DNA of 63,935 bases, filler included, from Blastocystis sp. subtype 4 (GCF_000743755.1; 3 parts of 3 records of this genome joined end to end with filler, not necessarily neighbours in it), one strand, 5' to 3'. Positions 1 through 12,840 are shown, numbered from the whole stretch's first letter. A program made the numbers and translations. Notes: generated by a model from the letters alone, not told the origin.

Positions 1-232
1 TGACAATAGAGAAATCAAAGGGAAAGAAGGCAACTGTAATCTAACGTGTCTGTGTTTGTTGGAAATGAGATAATGAACAGACGATAGCTAGAAACCAGAA
101 GGATTAGTCCACAACCCACCAAAAACCAGTCAGTGAGTTCCCAAAAACTGTCCACAAATGAAATATCGTAATACACCTTGTTATGCAGAAATATATGGCG
201 TTCCCACTGCTTTTGCTTGTTGTTTGATCCAT
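1..232 (-). CDS. Partial (5' end) hypothetical membrane protein
   Basis: ATG at 232 (MDQTTSKSSGNAIYFCIT), a ~29-nt GT-AG intron, then hydrophobic FWELTDWFLVGCGLILLVSSYRLFII; probably runs off the window edge. Confidence 0.45.
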
Positions 233-353
233 TTTTGAAAACTAACTCCGTGTATATTACCCCATTTGATACTCTCTTTCCTTTCAACAAAGAAAAGTCG
301 TAATAAATGGAGCAGCAACCGATGAATTCCACTACAACTGTAATGACAGTAGG

Positions 354-2121
354 ATGGAATCATTTCTAGCAGCTACACGACTTGCTAAAAGAGCCAGAAA
401 TAGATCCAAGTACGTTCCTGTTATTTGTGCTAATCTACTAGAGAGCGCCATTCCAGTAGTTAAAGAAGAAATGAGACCTTCTGACATTATCCAACTTGAA
501 GAAACACCAGTTTCTAAAGTCTATACACTTCCCGAAGGATATCGTGAACTCTCCGCAGATGAAATTGCAGGATGGGAAAAATATACGTAGATAGTTGTGT
601 GTGTGAATAATGTAGAATTAATAACGCCATCACCATTGAAGAGGAATGGGACCTTGTCAAAGATATCGTAGCAAATATCGTAAGCAAAGGTGATTGGAAT
701 CAAAAGTAGATGGTGAAAGAACTGAATGCGTACTCAGGAAGAGAACAACAAATGAAAGGGGTAGTCACAACAAATACTCAACTCTATGTATTTGGAACCG
801 TTTTGCCTCGGGGTCATGGACATCGAGGTCGTCTGTCTGGTCAGGTCCCAATGTGACACCATATTGATGCCTAGATGTCTCAACTCTTTTACGAGATTAC
901 AGGACGGTCACCACGGAAGAGACGACTTCCTATGGTAATGGTAAATCCAATTCCAGCTAAAATCCGCCGTCCTGCATTATATCCTCATACACTCTTTGTA
1001 GCAATAGAGAAGACTTTTTAGAATTAGGTTGGCGTGATTGGTGAATCAGAACTCGCTCGAGTAATCGCACAACGTCTCTTAGCTTTCAATTTCCATGTTA
1101 TTGTGAATAGTAATATGGTTTACACTCAAGTTGTTGCAGATCGTCTCCCTTCTGTTGTGATTAACAGTCAACCATCTCTTGATCTGAATCCACTCCTCGA
1201 AGAGTGTCTGCGTACTTGTGATGTGATCATTCTTGCTGTATTTCCTCATCTAGTCTTGAATAGTAGTTGGATTCACCTGAAAAGAATGAGTTGCTGTTTC
1301 TTCATACTGAGAACTTTTTTGAGCTCATTCCTTCGGGTAAATTCGTCTTTGATATGGCATTGGAGGATTATTCCATTTCATCAAGAATTCATAGTGTTGG
1401 TGATCAACAGAGACTTGATACGTAGATGGCAAAGAAGCACAAAGTTAGGTATTTTGATGCTCCGCTCTTTCCTGTTCCTTCTTCCGTTCTGTCCTATGCT
1501 ATCAATCCCCCTACCATATTCATGGGAGGTGAACGTATTCCTGATGATTATGTGATGAATGTTATGTTTTCTCTCGGAAAGTCGATCTATCCATCTCTAC
1601 CAACCCATGGTATTATTAATAAGATGCTAGTAACGGTATGGTATGAGTTCAGATGATAATCATAGCATTACTATGCACTACAATCGCAAGTGATGAATGA
1701 GATGCAGATTGTGGCCCAGTCTCTGGGAGTGCTGGATGATAAGGCGTTAGGAGAAATGTTACAGACACAGTGCAATCCAGGAGCGTTACTACGAAGGAAT
1801 CGAGAGTATGTTATGAAGGGTACGTGTAGAGAAGAAAGATGAAGAATAGACATCAAGGAACAGAATGCTATGCGTGTTCCTTTGGATGAGTTGGTAGAAT
1901 CGTTGCGACGATGGTAGTAGGAGCCTGGAGAGAAAATGAACTGTAGTTCGATTCCATCGACGCAACTTCCATTCACTACTACGTTTTGTCGTATTGCATC
2001 TGCGAATCTGGAAGAGAACCGATTGGGTTCAACAGATGTTTCATCGTTGTGGAAGGGATTGAGTCATTCTCTGAATATGGAAGCTCCAAATGCCCTAAAT
2101 CCACATTCATTGGGAGAATAA
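354..2121 (+). CDS. Unknown N-terminal domain + degenerate beta-hydroxyacid (3-hydroxyisobutyrate/6PGDH-like) dehydrogenase; paralogue A
   Basis: Spliced via introns 587-615, 680-709 and others: IEEEWDLVKDIVANI|MVKELNAYSGREQQMKG...LPRGHG...GRSPRKRR, then VGVIGESELARVIAQRL (Rossmann-like), YFDAPLFP, HGIINKMLV, C-terminal TDVSSLWK. Confidence 0.6.
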
Positions 2122-2166
2122 TGCTCGATTATGTTTCGTTATAACAAACACCTCAATGCCACCTGA

Positions 2167-5128
2167 TTAGTTTGTGTAGCTATCAATAGTAAACAGAAGT
2201 TTACGGTCACCCCAAGTATTATCAACCTTACCGCAAGTAGGCCAATACTTGTTAGCACGGGTCTCAGGAGTAGGATAAGCAGCCAACTCTCTAGAATACT
2301 TGTGATTCCAAGAATCCGAAATAACCTCCTGCGCAGTATGAGGAGCATTCTTCAGAGGATTGTCCTCCTTATCCATCTTGCCATCAGCAATGTCCTGAAT
2401 TTCGTGACGAATGCTAATCAAAGCATCACAGAAACGATCCAACATTTGCTTATCTTCAGACTCTGTAGGCTCAATCATCAAGGAACCATGAACAGGGAAT
2501 GACATCGTGGGAGCATGGAAACCATAATCCATCAAACGCTTAGCAATCTCATTCTCCGTAATACCATAACGCTCGAATGGCTTCACATCCAAAATGAACT
2601 CATGTCCGCACATTCCATTCTTACCTCGGAACATCACAGTGTAATCCTTGCAAAGACGAGCAGCCATGTAATTAGCGTTCAGAATAGCGCAAGCAGTCAC
2701 CTTACGCAGACCATCAATTCCAAGCATTCTCAGATACATCCAGGTAATGGGAAGCAAGTTCGCACTTCCGTAAGGAGCACCAGACACATTGCTGCCAGCT
2801 CCCTCATGAACGGGGCAGGTGGGATGGTTGGGCAGGAAAGGAATCAAGTGCTTTGCCACACCGATAGCACCAACACCTGGACCACCACCTCCGTGAGGCA
2901 TAGCAAATGTCTTGTGGAGATTGAGATGGCACACATCTGCACCAATCACTCCGGGACATGTGTGACCCACCTGAGCATTCATATTAGCTCCATCCATGTA
3001 CACCTGACCACCAGCCTTGTGAACCTGATCCACGATATCCTTAATACCCTCATCAAAGATACCATATGTAGAAGGATAGGTAATCATGATACAGGCAAGA
3101 GTATCCTTGTACTGTTCAATCTTCTTAGACAGATCAGGAAGATCAATTGCACCGTTATCGAGATTGTTCACCTCCACCACAGTCATACCGTTCATAGCAG
3201 CCGAAGCAGGATTGGTTCCATGAGCCGAACGGGGAATCAAACAAATCTTACGATTGGCCTGGCCAATGCTATTGAGATACTTGCGAATAGTCAGCAAACC
3301 AGAGAACTCTCCGTGAGCACCTGACAGAGGCTGGAAGGACATCTTCTCGAAACCAGTGATTGTTGCGAGCATCTTGTCCATGTCATCGATCACCTTCATG
3401 TATCCCTTGGTGTCCTCACGAGGAGCATAGGGATGCACGTTGGTGAACTCAGGCCAGGTGATGGGCATCAGAGTGGAAGCAGCATTGAGCTTCATAGTAC
3501 AGGAGCCAAGAGTGATCATGGAGTAATTGAGAGACAGATCCTTCGTCTCCAGCATGTGCAGATATCGAGTCATCTGGTGCTCGCTGTGGTAGGTATTGAA
3601 CACGGGCTGAGGCAGAATCGCTCCTTCACGCTTGAAGGCAGCAGGAATCTCTCCGCTAGAACGGGCATCCAAATCCTTCGCATCAGCCTTGATGTTGAAG
3701 ACAGAAAGAAGCTTCACAAGGTCATCAGCAGAGGTGGTCTCATCGAAGGAAGCAGAAACAGCCGTATCAGAGACACGACGCAGCAAGATTCCCTTCTGAT
3801 GGGCCTTCTGGAGGAAATCATCAGCATTCTGCACATCCACAGTGATGGTATCAAAGTAGTCAGCATTCTTCACATTGAATCCGTTCTCCTTCAGGGACAA
3901 CTCAAAGGCATTGGCCATCTTGTGGACACGTGTAGCAATCTTCTTCAGACCCTCAGGACCGTGGTACATAGCATACATGCATGACATGTTAGCAGTCAGC
4001 ACTTGAGCCGTGCACACATTGGAAGTGGCACGCTGTCTCTTGATGTGCTGCTCACGAGCCTGGAGAGCCAGACGGAGACACTTGTTGCCGTGGTTATCGA
4101 TCGTCACTCCAATGATACGACCAGGCATCTTACGGAGATGCTTGTTCTGGACAGCCATGTAACCAGCAGCAGGACCACCGAAACCCATAGGCAAACCGAA
4201 ACGCTGGGTCGAACCCACACACACATCAGCATTGATATCAGCAGGAGCCTTGACAACGGTCAGAGCCAGCAGATCAGCATCGGTGATGAACAAACCTCCA
4301 GCAGCGTGAATAGCATCACTCACAGACTTATAGTCGAAGAGTTCTCCGTAGGTGTTGGGATACTGGACGATGACACCACTGTACTCGTTAGTGAAGTTGG
4401 CAGTACGAACATCACCCACAACGATCTCATCACCGAGGAGATTGGCACGTTCACGGATGACGGCAATCGTAGAAGGATGGCAGTCCTGACTAACGAAGAA
4501 CTTCTTGCGGTTCTTAATAGAGTCATGAGCAATATGATAGGCCTCGGCAGCAGCTGTAGCCTCATCGAGAAGAGAGGAGTTGGCAATAGGAAGTCCAGTC
4601 AAATCGGTGATCATAGTCTGGAAGTTCAGAAGACCCTCAAGACGACCCTGAGAGATTTCAGCCTGATAAGGAGTGTAACCAGAATACCAGCCCGGATTCT
4701 CATATACGTTGCGCTGAATCACAGCAGGCATAAACGTTCCATAATAGCCCTCACCAATGAAGCTCTTCTCCAGCTTGTTCTTCTTAGCAATGGTTCGCAT
4801 TTCCTCCAGAGCTTCCTCCTCCGAGAGAGCAGCAGGAAGCTTCATCTTCTACAATAACAAAGAAAGATAAAATCTACGTGCGTGATAATCTCCTTAGGAA
4901 TGGTCTTCTTGATGAGATCATCGAGACTGGTGCAGCCAATTGTCTTGAGCATTTCCGTAATATCACTGTCTCTAGGACCAACATGTCTATCCACGAACTA
5001 GATATCAGCAAAAATCCTATATCATTCACCTGGAAACAAGGCGCAAAAGGACGAGCGGTGGCCATGAAGCGGGCAGACAACGCCAGTCTAGTATTTCTGC
5101 GAAGGGTCTGTTTCAGAAGACTCTGCAT
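2167..5128 (-). CDS. GLDC: Glycine dehydrogenase (glycine cleavage P protein) with mitochondrial/MRO targeting peptide
   Basis: YTPYQAEISQGRLE, ATSNVCTAQ, LGSCTMKLN, PLP motif HLNLHKTFAMPHGGGGPG; Arg-rich N-terminus MQSLLKQTLRRNTRLALSARF; short 5' introns. Confidence 0.97.
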
Positions 5129-5351
5129 CTACAGGATAAGACCCAGACAAATCCCAATCGATTCCTACATTTGAATTAGCAATAAACCTATTTGTGACCT
5201 TAATGGGAATAAGGGAAACATGTCGTATAGTGATCCGCAAATGCTTCTTGATAATCAAAGAGAAACCGTTTCAAAATAGAGAACCTAATCGTAGAAATGA
5301 ATATATAACAACAAACATAACAACGATCGCGATATGGTACCTCCTAATTTC

Positions 5352-7759
5352 TTAAATGAGGCTAACAATAATAATAGCAACCAAACCCAGAGCACTGATT
5401 GATCCCACCAATGCCTGGCCCAGGAATGCATCCGATGCAATTCGCTTCTGGAATTTCGACAGATTCTTGACACAAATGCGCTGAAGTTTCTTTGGAATCG
5501 ACTTATAACTGCTTGCAGTACAGAGAATGCTTTTCGGACTCACCGAAATTGTCGTGGGGTAGAGATCTACAGTTCAACGCCAGATTCACATCTACTTCTC
5601 ATCACACAGAATCCTCCATCTGTCATCACATCCGAATCAATATCCAATGTCACCAGTTCAGGAATATCTACTTCTAAATAAACGACTACACGCAATACCC
5701 TGCAGGGCGAAATACTTCATATGAGGGAAGCATCCCGCAGGAATCACAAGCTCCGTCAACTTGGCATTATCTTCCTATCAAAGAGACCATTTAGAATTAC
5801 CTGTGATCGACAAGGATTCCGCATCTTCAAAGAGATTGGACACAAAAGAGATGTTCTTGAGTCGCTTGAGGTCTAGGTGAGAGAAGCAGAGAAATGGTAC
5901 AGCACATATCAACATGTCGAATACTACGCAGACAGTCTCCACCAAACTCAATTGAGGTAAGACGAGGACATGCTATGCATTACACAACTCCTGTGAACTT
6001 ACCTTCAATACAGACAGAATACCTCTTGCAATTGATATCAGCTTCTTGAGGGAGTCCAGGATATTCCTCAGGAAGGAACATCACATGTTCTGAATCCTCC
6101 TCTGTATGAACACGATTCACATAGTCTAGATCTCATCATCATCATCATTCCTACTTAGTAATACGAAATACTCACAATTCTTAAGACAACCTTTTCCAAA
6201 TCGTACTGTCTTCAAACACTGATTCTCTATGGATCATAACCATCCTTATTGACAACTCAACAAAACAAATCGATCCAACTTTGTCAGACAATGATCTCCG
6301 AACACCAGTGTCTCTAGCTTAGTCAATTCTATCTCTCATTCCTCTCTCTTCACATACCTCCAACAGTAAAGTCTTCATCGAGAATTGAACGGAAGCAACG
6401 TGATCCAAATTCCAACGTACGCATATTCACAGTATCTAGACTTCATCATGATCTCTTCTTGCTACCAATGAAATATATTTTGCGACCATTTTCAAAGCAA
6501 TTCGATCCAAGTGACAATACCTTCAGCTTCGTTAATCCTATTTCTTATTCCTCTCACACACATCAACCTTCACAAATGAGCACCGTAGACTTCTGGAATG
6601 ATGCATCTCCTGCCTTAAACTCCACCAAGTTAGACATGGGTGTCAAATCCACTTCATCTAGAGTCGTGAAATTGCTTCCTTGGAGTTCAAAGGTTCGTAG
6701 TTCAGGCACTTCATATCATTAAAACCAATCATACTTACATGTAATTGCCATCGTCGAAGCCTCATAGAAGCAATTCTCTCCCAAAGTGAGCTTAATGAGC
6801 GAAATATTCCCTAGTCTTAAATCATTCTCTCTATTCTCACTTGACATCAGAAGACCCTTTCCCGCCTTAAAGCAGTTCTCACCAACACTCACTCCCTCCA
6901 GGTTCTTACAATCTACATCTCACCTCTGTTTCTTATTCATACTCGACACTTCGAGTACTTCGCCTCCTTCAAATGCCTCATCCTCAATCACGAGACTCTT
7001 CAAACTGCTTAAGCGGTTCACCTTCAGTCGTTCCAGATTACGGCATCCATGCTCAGGAAATACCAATTCTGAGAGTCCAGTAATCTCTACAAAGAATTCT
7101 CTTTTGCCACTCCTACTTTCCAACACAAGTGTCTGAAGATCATTAGCAGCTCCCTCCTCAAAATCAAGTTCCTCAATCGTGCAGCCTTCCCATAATCCTT
7201 ATCCCATATTCATACTATCAAAGACAAGAGTAGAGATAGACTCGGGGAAAGCAGAAGGCAGTACAACAGACTTGAATGTATGACCAACAAAAACAAGAGT
7301 TCTCAGAGAAGAAACTCCATGCAAGGCAGAAATGAATTCACTAAAAAGAGAACCATCTTCATCGTTGATCAGCATATCTTCCGTATCTATCTATGGGAAC
7401 AATACTCGAGTCCTACTGCATAACACAAGCTTACGAACACCAATCTCAACATTTTCTAAACTGGTAGATAGAGACTCCAAAACTTCGTTATCGACAGCGA
7501 TAACAGCCTCTTTCTCTGACAAATGATCCAGAATAGAATCGATATTCCCACTACCCAATAATAACACGAACCACTATGCCACCTGTCATCACATGACTTT
7601 AAAGAATACGGAACTTCAATAGCCAAATCACTATCTTCAACAGGACCTACAGGATAAGAATCATCAGGAAGCAGATAACATACTCTTTGGAGCATGCTTT
7701 CCTTCATTTCCATACGAGCGAACTCCGCCCACTACTGATTTGTTCTTCGAAGGTGCCAT
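5352..7759 (-). CDS. BspA-like leucine-rich-repeat protein with C-terminal transmembrane segment
   Basis: Many short exons encoding LxxLxIGxxxF-type repeats (e.g. LSSLKSLVIEDEAFEG); ends ALVGSISALGLVAIIIVSLI; exon structure only partly resolved. Confidence 0.65.
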
Positions 7760-8031
7760 GAAAGAATGTTCTACCAGTCGTTAGTAACAACCAATTTCAG
7801 TTGCACAACGATATGTATACAATATCACCTACAAACTGACTTCAAAAATTGAATCAGAAACGACTTATTTCTGCTCTTTCAAGACACAGATACTACCTTC
7901 ATGCAACTCCCAAGAATCCATAAATCCCCGTGGAATCTACTCATCTTCGCATGATGGTGTTATTCATGTTTTGCACATTAATGAATGTGGTGTCTTGCTT
8001 AATGGAAATGATTTCTGCACAATGGTAGAAT

Positions 8032-8832
8032 ATGCAATATATGTTACATTGCTTACGAGCTTTGTCTCATCCATTATTCTTGAATCGTCTGACTCGTCTC
8101 ATGTCTGAATCAGTTATTATTTCTGGAGTACCTGTTCCGGTTACGGCTTCTTGTGAATGTAATCTGTCTGAAGTGCTTCGTTGTCAGAACTTTATTAATT
8201 GGACTCAGAAAGTTGATCCTGAGTTGGATGTGCGTAGTATTGACATTCAGAGTGTGGACTATTTTGGAAATGGTAGAATCGGTTTTATCAAATTTAAGTC
8301 GCTCGTTTACAAAAAGTCTGTTCCCGAGGGACGTCACATTCCTGGAATTGTGTTTATGCGAGGTCCTTCTGTTGCAATTCTGCTTGTACTGAACTGTAAT
8401 GGAATGAAGTATACCATTGTCACTCGTCAACCCAGAACACCTATTGCTGATGCTTCCTTCACAGAGATTCCTGCAGGTGTATTTGATGGTGAACAGTTTG
8501 CTGGAGTTGCAGCAAAAGAGTTGAGGGAGGAAGTGGGTCTTTCTATTGAGAGTAGTCAACTTGTGGATATGACTGCTGCTGTGTATGGTAGTAAGTATCC
8601 TGGAATCTATCCATCTCCAGGCGGTTGTGATGAGTATATCAAGTTGTTTTTGTATGAAAAGGATGTGACAAAAGAGGAATTGGATTCGTATATGGGGAAG
8701 GCGACTGGATTAATGGAAGAGGGCGAATACATTTGTTTGAAGGTAATTCCATTAGATTCGCTTGTGAAGGAAACGTCAGATGCGAAGGCACTATGTGCAT
8801 ATTCATTGTATAATTATCTGTCCTCTAAGTGA
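8032..8832 (+). CDS. Nudix hydrolase, ADP-sugar pyrophosphatase-like (plant NUDX14-like)
   Basis: Nudix box PAGVFDGEQFAGVAAKELREEVG; PGIVFMRGPSVAIL; YPSPGGCDE; intronless ORF. Confidence 0.85.
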   Translation: MQYMLHCLRALSHPLFLNRLTRLMSESVIISGVPVPVTASCECNLSEVLRCQNFINWTQKVDPELDVRSIDIQSVDYFGNGRIGFIKFKSLVYKKSVPEGRHIPGIVFMRGPSVAILLVLNCNGMKYTIVTRQPRTPIADASFTEIPAGVFDGEQFAGVAAKELREEVGLSIESSQLVDMTAAVYGSKYPGIYPSPGGCDEYIKLFLYEKDVTKEELDSYMGKATGLMEEGEYICLKVIPLDSLVKETSDAKALCAYSLYNYLSSK

Positions 8833-8853
8833 ACTGTTTTTTACAAATAGGAA

Positions 8854-10087
8854 TAATGAATTTTGGTAGCAAACGTCAAGTAGGCAGTATGACCACGGCC
8901 AATGTGTTCTCCTTTTGCCAGAACCATCGTTGACATGCATTCTGTAATATTCTTTGAGCCAATAAAGAGAGGGAGGGAAGGAGTTGAGGTCGGAGGTTGA
9001 GATTCAGATGATGATGGCTTCGGTTCAGATGGTGCTGGCTGCAAGTTAGGTACTCCAAGATGAGCCATAAACGCTCCGAGACGAGGATCAAATGCTTCTG
9101 GAGATCCAGAAGCCGACTGCTCAGGAACAGGCGACAGGTTCTCAGAGGTTGGAGCATCCCTCTTCTTAGCATTTCGATTTTTCACCGTATAACTATTGTT
9201 GTTGTCAATACTGTTCAATTCATACTCGCGTAGCAATACCTCCAAAGTCTCAATCACTATCCATCACCTTCTCCAGCAACATCCACATTCATAGCCAGCA
9301 TCTCGTAAAGCCTTGCAATTCTCTTGTACTTGCTCAATACAAGGACTGAAACAACAGATACGACCATTCCGACGAAGGACTCGATTTGCATGTTGAATTG
9401 CTAGAGCATTACTCTCCACAGTGCATTTCCTACCCGCATATGGCTTAGGTAAATCTAAAAAGACAGCATCAACGGGGTGAGTCTCATCAACACATTCCTT
9501 TGAGTCTTCACTTTCGACAACAAATCCATCTTCATATGCATCTCGGTGATAAACCGAAATCAAGTCGTGTAATCCATTCTTCTCGAATTCGGCTCGCGCT
9601 TCGTTTGCACGCATTTCGTTATATTCAAATGTAAAGAGATGTCCCGTAGGATATAAAACACGAGCAATATCTGTTGATAGAGCTCCCGAACCCGTACCTA
9701 TGATTGCAACCTTTCCATTCTACAAACCTGATTCTACAACTCGACTTCCAGGTTTGATGAACAAATTGAAAATAATTACACTTGCATCCAAAGTGAAAAT
9801 GATCTGTGTTCTTGTTTTCATACATGCAGACCATAATTCTGGTGTAGGCTCCAGTGCATACAAATACTTATTACCTGTTTGCGATGTAATCTATGGGGAA
9901 CCGAGTATAGCGAATGTCCTACAAGACAACCATATTCTTTCCCAATCATTTGGTCATGGATAAAAGCTCCAAGAATACAAGAATATTTCTCCCCTTTGGT
10001 CACTGTGATTGGAATCAACGAGTCCTTCCTTTCATACAGAATTACAAGATCCCCTTCCTTAATTACTCGATGGTGCGATAAATTCAT
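8854..10087 (-). CDS. TRM61: tRNA m1A58 methyltransferase catalytic subunit
   Basis: IKEGDLVILY, AVFLDLPKP, CCFSPCIEQV, GHTAYLTFATK; stop probably poly(A)-completed at 8854 (genomic TAA at 8841). Confidence 0.92.
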
Positions 10088-10127
10088 CTAGGAATTGGAA
10101 TCAGAAAGAATCAATGCTGTGACACTC

Positions 10128-11958
10128 ATGTCGTCATTTTTTCGAACGAGTTGCAAAGGTTCATGCTATCAGGATCCAATTATCGTTTGTGTAAAATATG
10201 CTTCTTCAGGTGCTGATGAAGGAATAGATATGCTTCTTGAGGAGAACAAGTTTACTTCTGTACTATCTATCATCTGTAGAATGCAACTGACTTGCAATGA
10301 AATGACCTCAACCATGGTGTGTAGTGAGTCCATTCTACGTCAAATTCCATTCTTTTTGTTTATTTGTATCAGTCCTAATAATGTTATAGAAATCGATTGA
10401 ACCATGATTGGAAGGATAAGAAACAGATTGAGATTAATGTACCCACGATCAAGTAATCTTTTTGTTACCTCTTCACTTGAGATTTCTAAAAGCCTATGTG
10501 ACTGTGATTCGGTTCCTTCATCTATCGCTAATGTCGTCTTCAAATGTTTCCTTAGATCAGGCTCGTCATTTCATGGGTCATGATACTGGAATTGATATTG
10601 AACTTTGTTCTGCTTGTAGTCGGTTAGGTCTCACTAGCCTCTCTGACAAATTCGAAGCTTCTCTTAGTCTTGGAATTTCATTAGAATCCTTTATTCGTAT
10701 CTGCACCTACGCTTCTCTGAACAATCGTCATTCGGTTTTGCAATTGTGTTATATCTGGATCAAAAGGTAGGAGCAACATAGAAGATATCACTGGATAGAG
10801 AAGGAGTAACAGTGACCACCGAGACAGATCCCTCGAGAATGACTTTTGGAAATCAGATTGTATTCAGTATTACTGTACGTCGATTTTATTATTACAATGA
10901 ATCAGTCGATTGCTCCATCTTCGATGGTAATCTTGGTTTTCGTTTCTTATTGCTAGTGTTTATTCTTCAAGACATTGCTCAGAGGATTCAATTCACTTTA
11001 CCTGGTTATTTGAGTTCCGGAGGCACTCCTTGCTCTTTCGATGTTCTGTCAGAAGCTGAATTGCATCACATTGGAAAGAGATCGAGTCGAATTGGTTTCC
11101 CAGGAACGATGCGGTGTTATCTTGAGAGAATTCGTAGGTCTCATCATTATCCTTGAGAGTAGGCGATACTTCTGACCACGTTCAAGGTTACCACATGTAT
11201 CGTGAAGACAATGGAGAGTTCCTAATGTCTGGTATCCTTCCTAATGAAAGATAAGGTTAAGCGTATCCCACTATCTATCCCAACACACTTGCTCTATTTA
11301 AGACAAATCAGTTATCTCCAGATTCTGTTATGAGTCACATCTATGATTCTGATTATATCGGTATCTTGAAGGGCAACAACGTTGGGTCGGAATTCATTCT
11401 CTATGATAATGGAGTGAATCCTGATCTGATACCTGAGGGAGTGTTTGATGATCTGTTGCGTCGTGTTCTATGTCGAATCAACTACAAATACAATCTCTCA
11501 GAACGAAAACCGAATTCCATGCAAGTATATCTACCGGCAACTGTATTGGATTGTTAATGCATTGATTTGTAGCGACTCGATGAATTCATGTCCTCTAAGG
11601 ATCGAAAAGAGGTGGAAGTATTATATACTCCTGCTCATCTTGTTACAAAGAAACCGCTTTGGTCGACGGAATATGGTGGATGGACGTACGTCTGGAATGA
11701 GAGATTCATTCTAGATTGAAATTTTACGGACGTGTAAAGAAGGCCTCGAAGAGGAATTTCCAGCTGATATTTCAAGAAGACATCAACGATGAGAAAGGTG
11801 AGTGGAAGTGGGATTCTGTCACTGGTAGCGAAAGTACTTGTATGTTTTGGCAAAGTATCTCGGGTCCGTTATTCTGTGGATTATGCTGATCCCCTTTCCT
11901 CAATCCAGGCTTTTGCTATTGCGCTTACAACATTCATGAAGAAACGATTGTCTGCTTG
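10128..11958 (+). CDS. BTB/BACK-Tubby domain protein
   Basis: N-terminal BTB-like ILRQIPFF..NHDWKDKKQIEINVPTIKAYVTVIRFLH; Tubby C-terminal domain LKGNNVGSEFILYDNG, LNFYGRVKKASKRNFQL, FGKV..YSVDYADPLSSIQAFAIAL. Confidence 0.8.
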
Positions 11959-12078
11959 CAACTGTTTGTTGGAAATCGCACCTTCTTGATTCACGAGATC
12001 AAATTCGTGCATCCAATCAGAGTACTAATAGTCGAATCTTCTATTTGGGGAGACATTAACACTATTTCCTATTCTAAA

Positions 12079-12573
12079 ATGTCTATTCTTAATTTTGCGA
12101 GTAACAAGTTTTTCGATGATGACGATTATGCTCTTTCGGCTGTCGCTAAGTCAAGACTCGCTTAGTTGTCATTTCTATTGATATTTATAATGTAGTAATG
12201 AGGTGAACCCCGATTTATACCCTTTGAACGTTGATATGATTGAGGTAGGTCTCCTTCTTCTCTTCCTCATCGTAAGACACCTACAATGTATGTGGTGATC
12301 GCTGATATTCCTGGAGTTTCAAAGGATCGTGTAAATGTTACGGTGAAGGATGACAAGATTATGATCGAGGGAAAGAGAAAAAAGAAGGTGATCACAAGCG
12401 AAGACAACTATCTGATTTCCGAGAGACGCAATGGTATCTTCAAGAAGATGCTTCAACTTCCGTTTGATGCCGATGCGGCCCAGATGTCGGCTCGAATCGA
12501 AGATGGACTTCTCATTCTCTCGATTCCTCGTATTAAAGAACCTCAAGGTGCCAAGACCATTAGTATTGCTTAG
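12079..12573 (+). CDS. Small heat-shock protein (HSP20/alpha-crystallin)
   Basis: ADIPGVSKDRVNV, ERRNGIFKKMLQLP, ARIEDGLLILSIP, C-terminal ISI motif. Confidence 0.9.
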
Positions 12574-12621
12574 TATTTTAGACTTGCTTTTGTTTGCAAC
12601 AAACGTAACAAGAATATCCAT

Positions 12622-12840
12622 TTACTTCTTCTTTGCAAGTTTTTCCCTCATCGCTTTCAAAGCAGCTTGCTCCTCCTTTTGCTTTGCTTTAAAGGCTCTA
12701 TCTTCCTAAAATATGATACATCGAACTAATTGGATACTTCCATCTCGGGACCTTTTTCCTTCTTGGCCTGCTTCAGAGGCTTCTTTTTCCCACCTTTCCA
12801 TTATTAGGATCACAAATACCCTACCATCCTTTCCAGCCAT
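12622..12840 (-). CDS. TMA7: Translation machinery-associated protein 7
   Basis: Spliced MAGKDGGKKKPLKQAKKEKGPEMEEDRAFKAKQKEEQAALKAMREKLAKKK; two mini-introns; absent from the ORF track. Confidence 0.88.

Noticed and set aside
2302..4857. Long + strand ORFs antisense to GLDC (269, 183, 284 aa)
   Set aside because: Shadow ORFs of a codon-biased conserved gene; no recognisable motifs.
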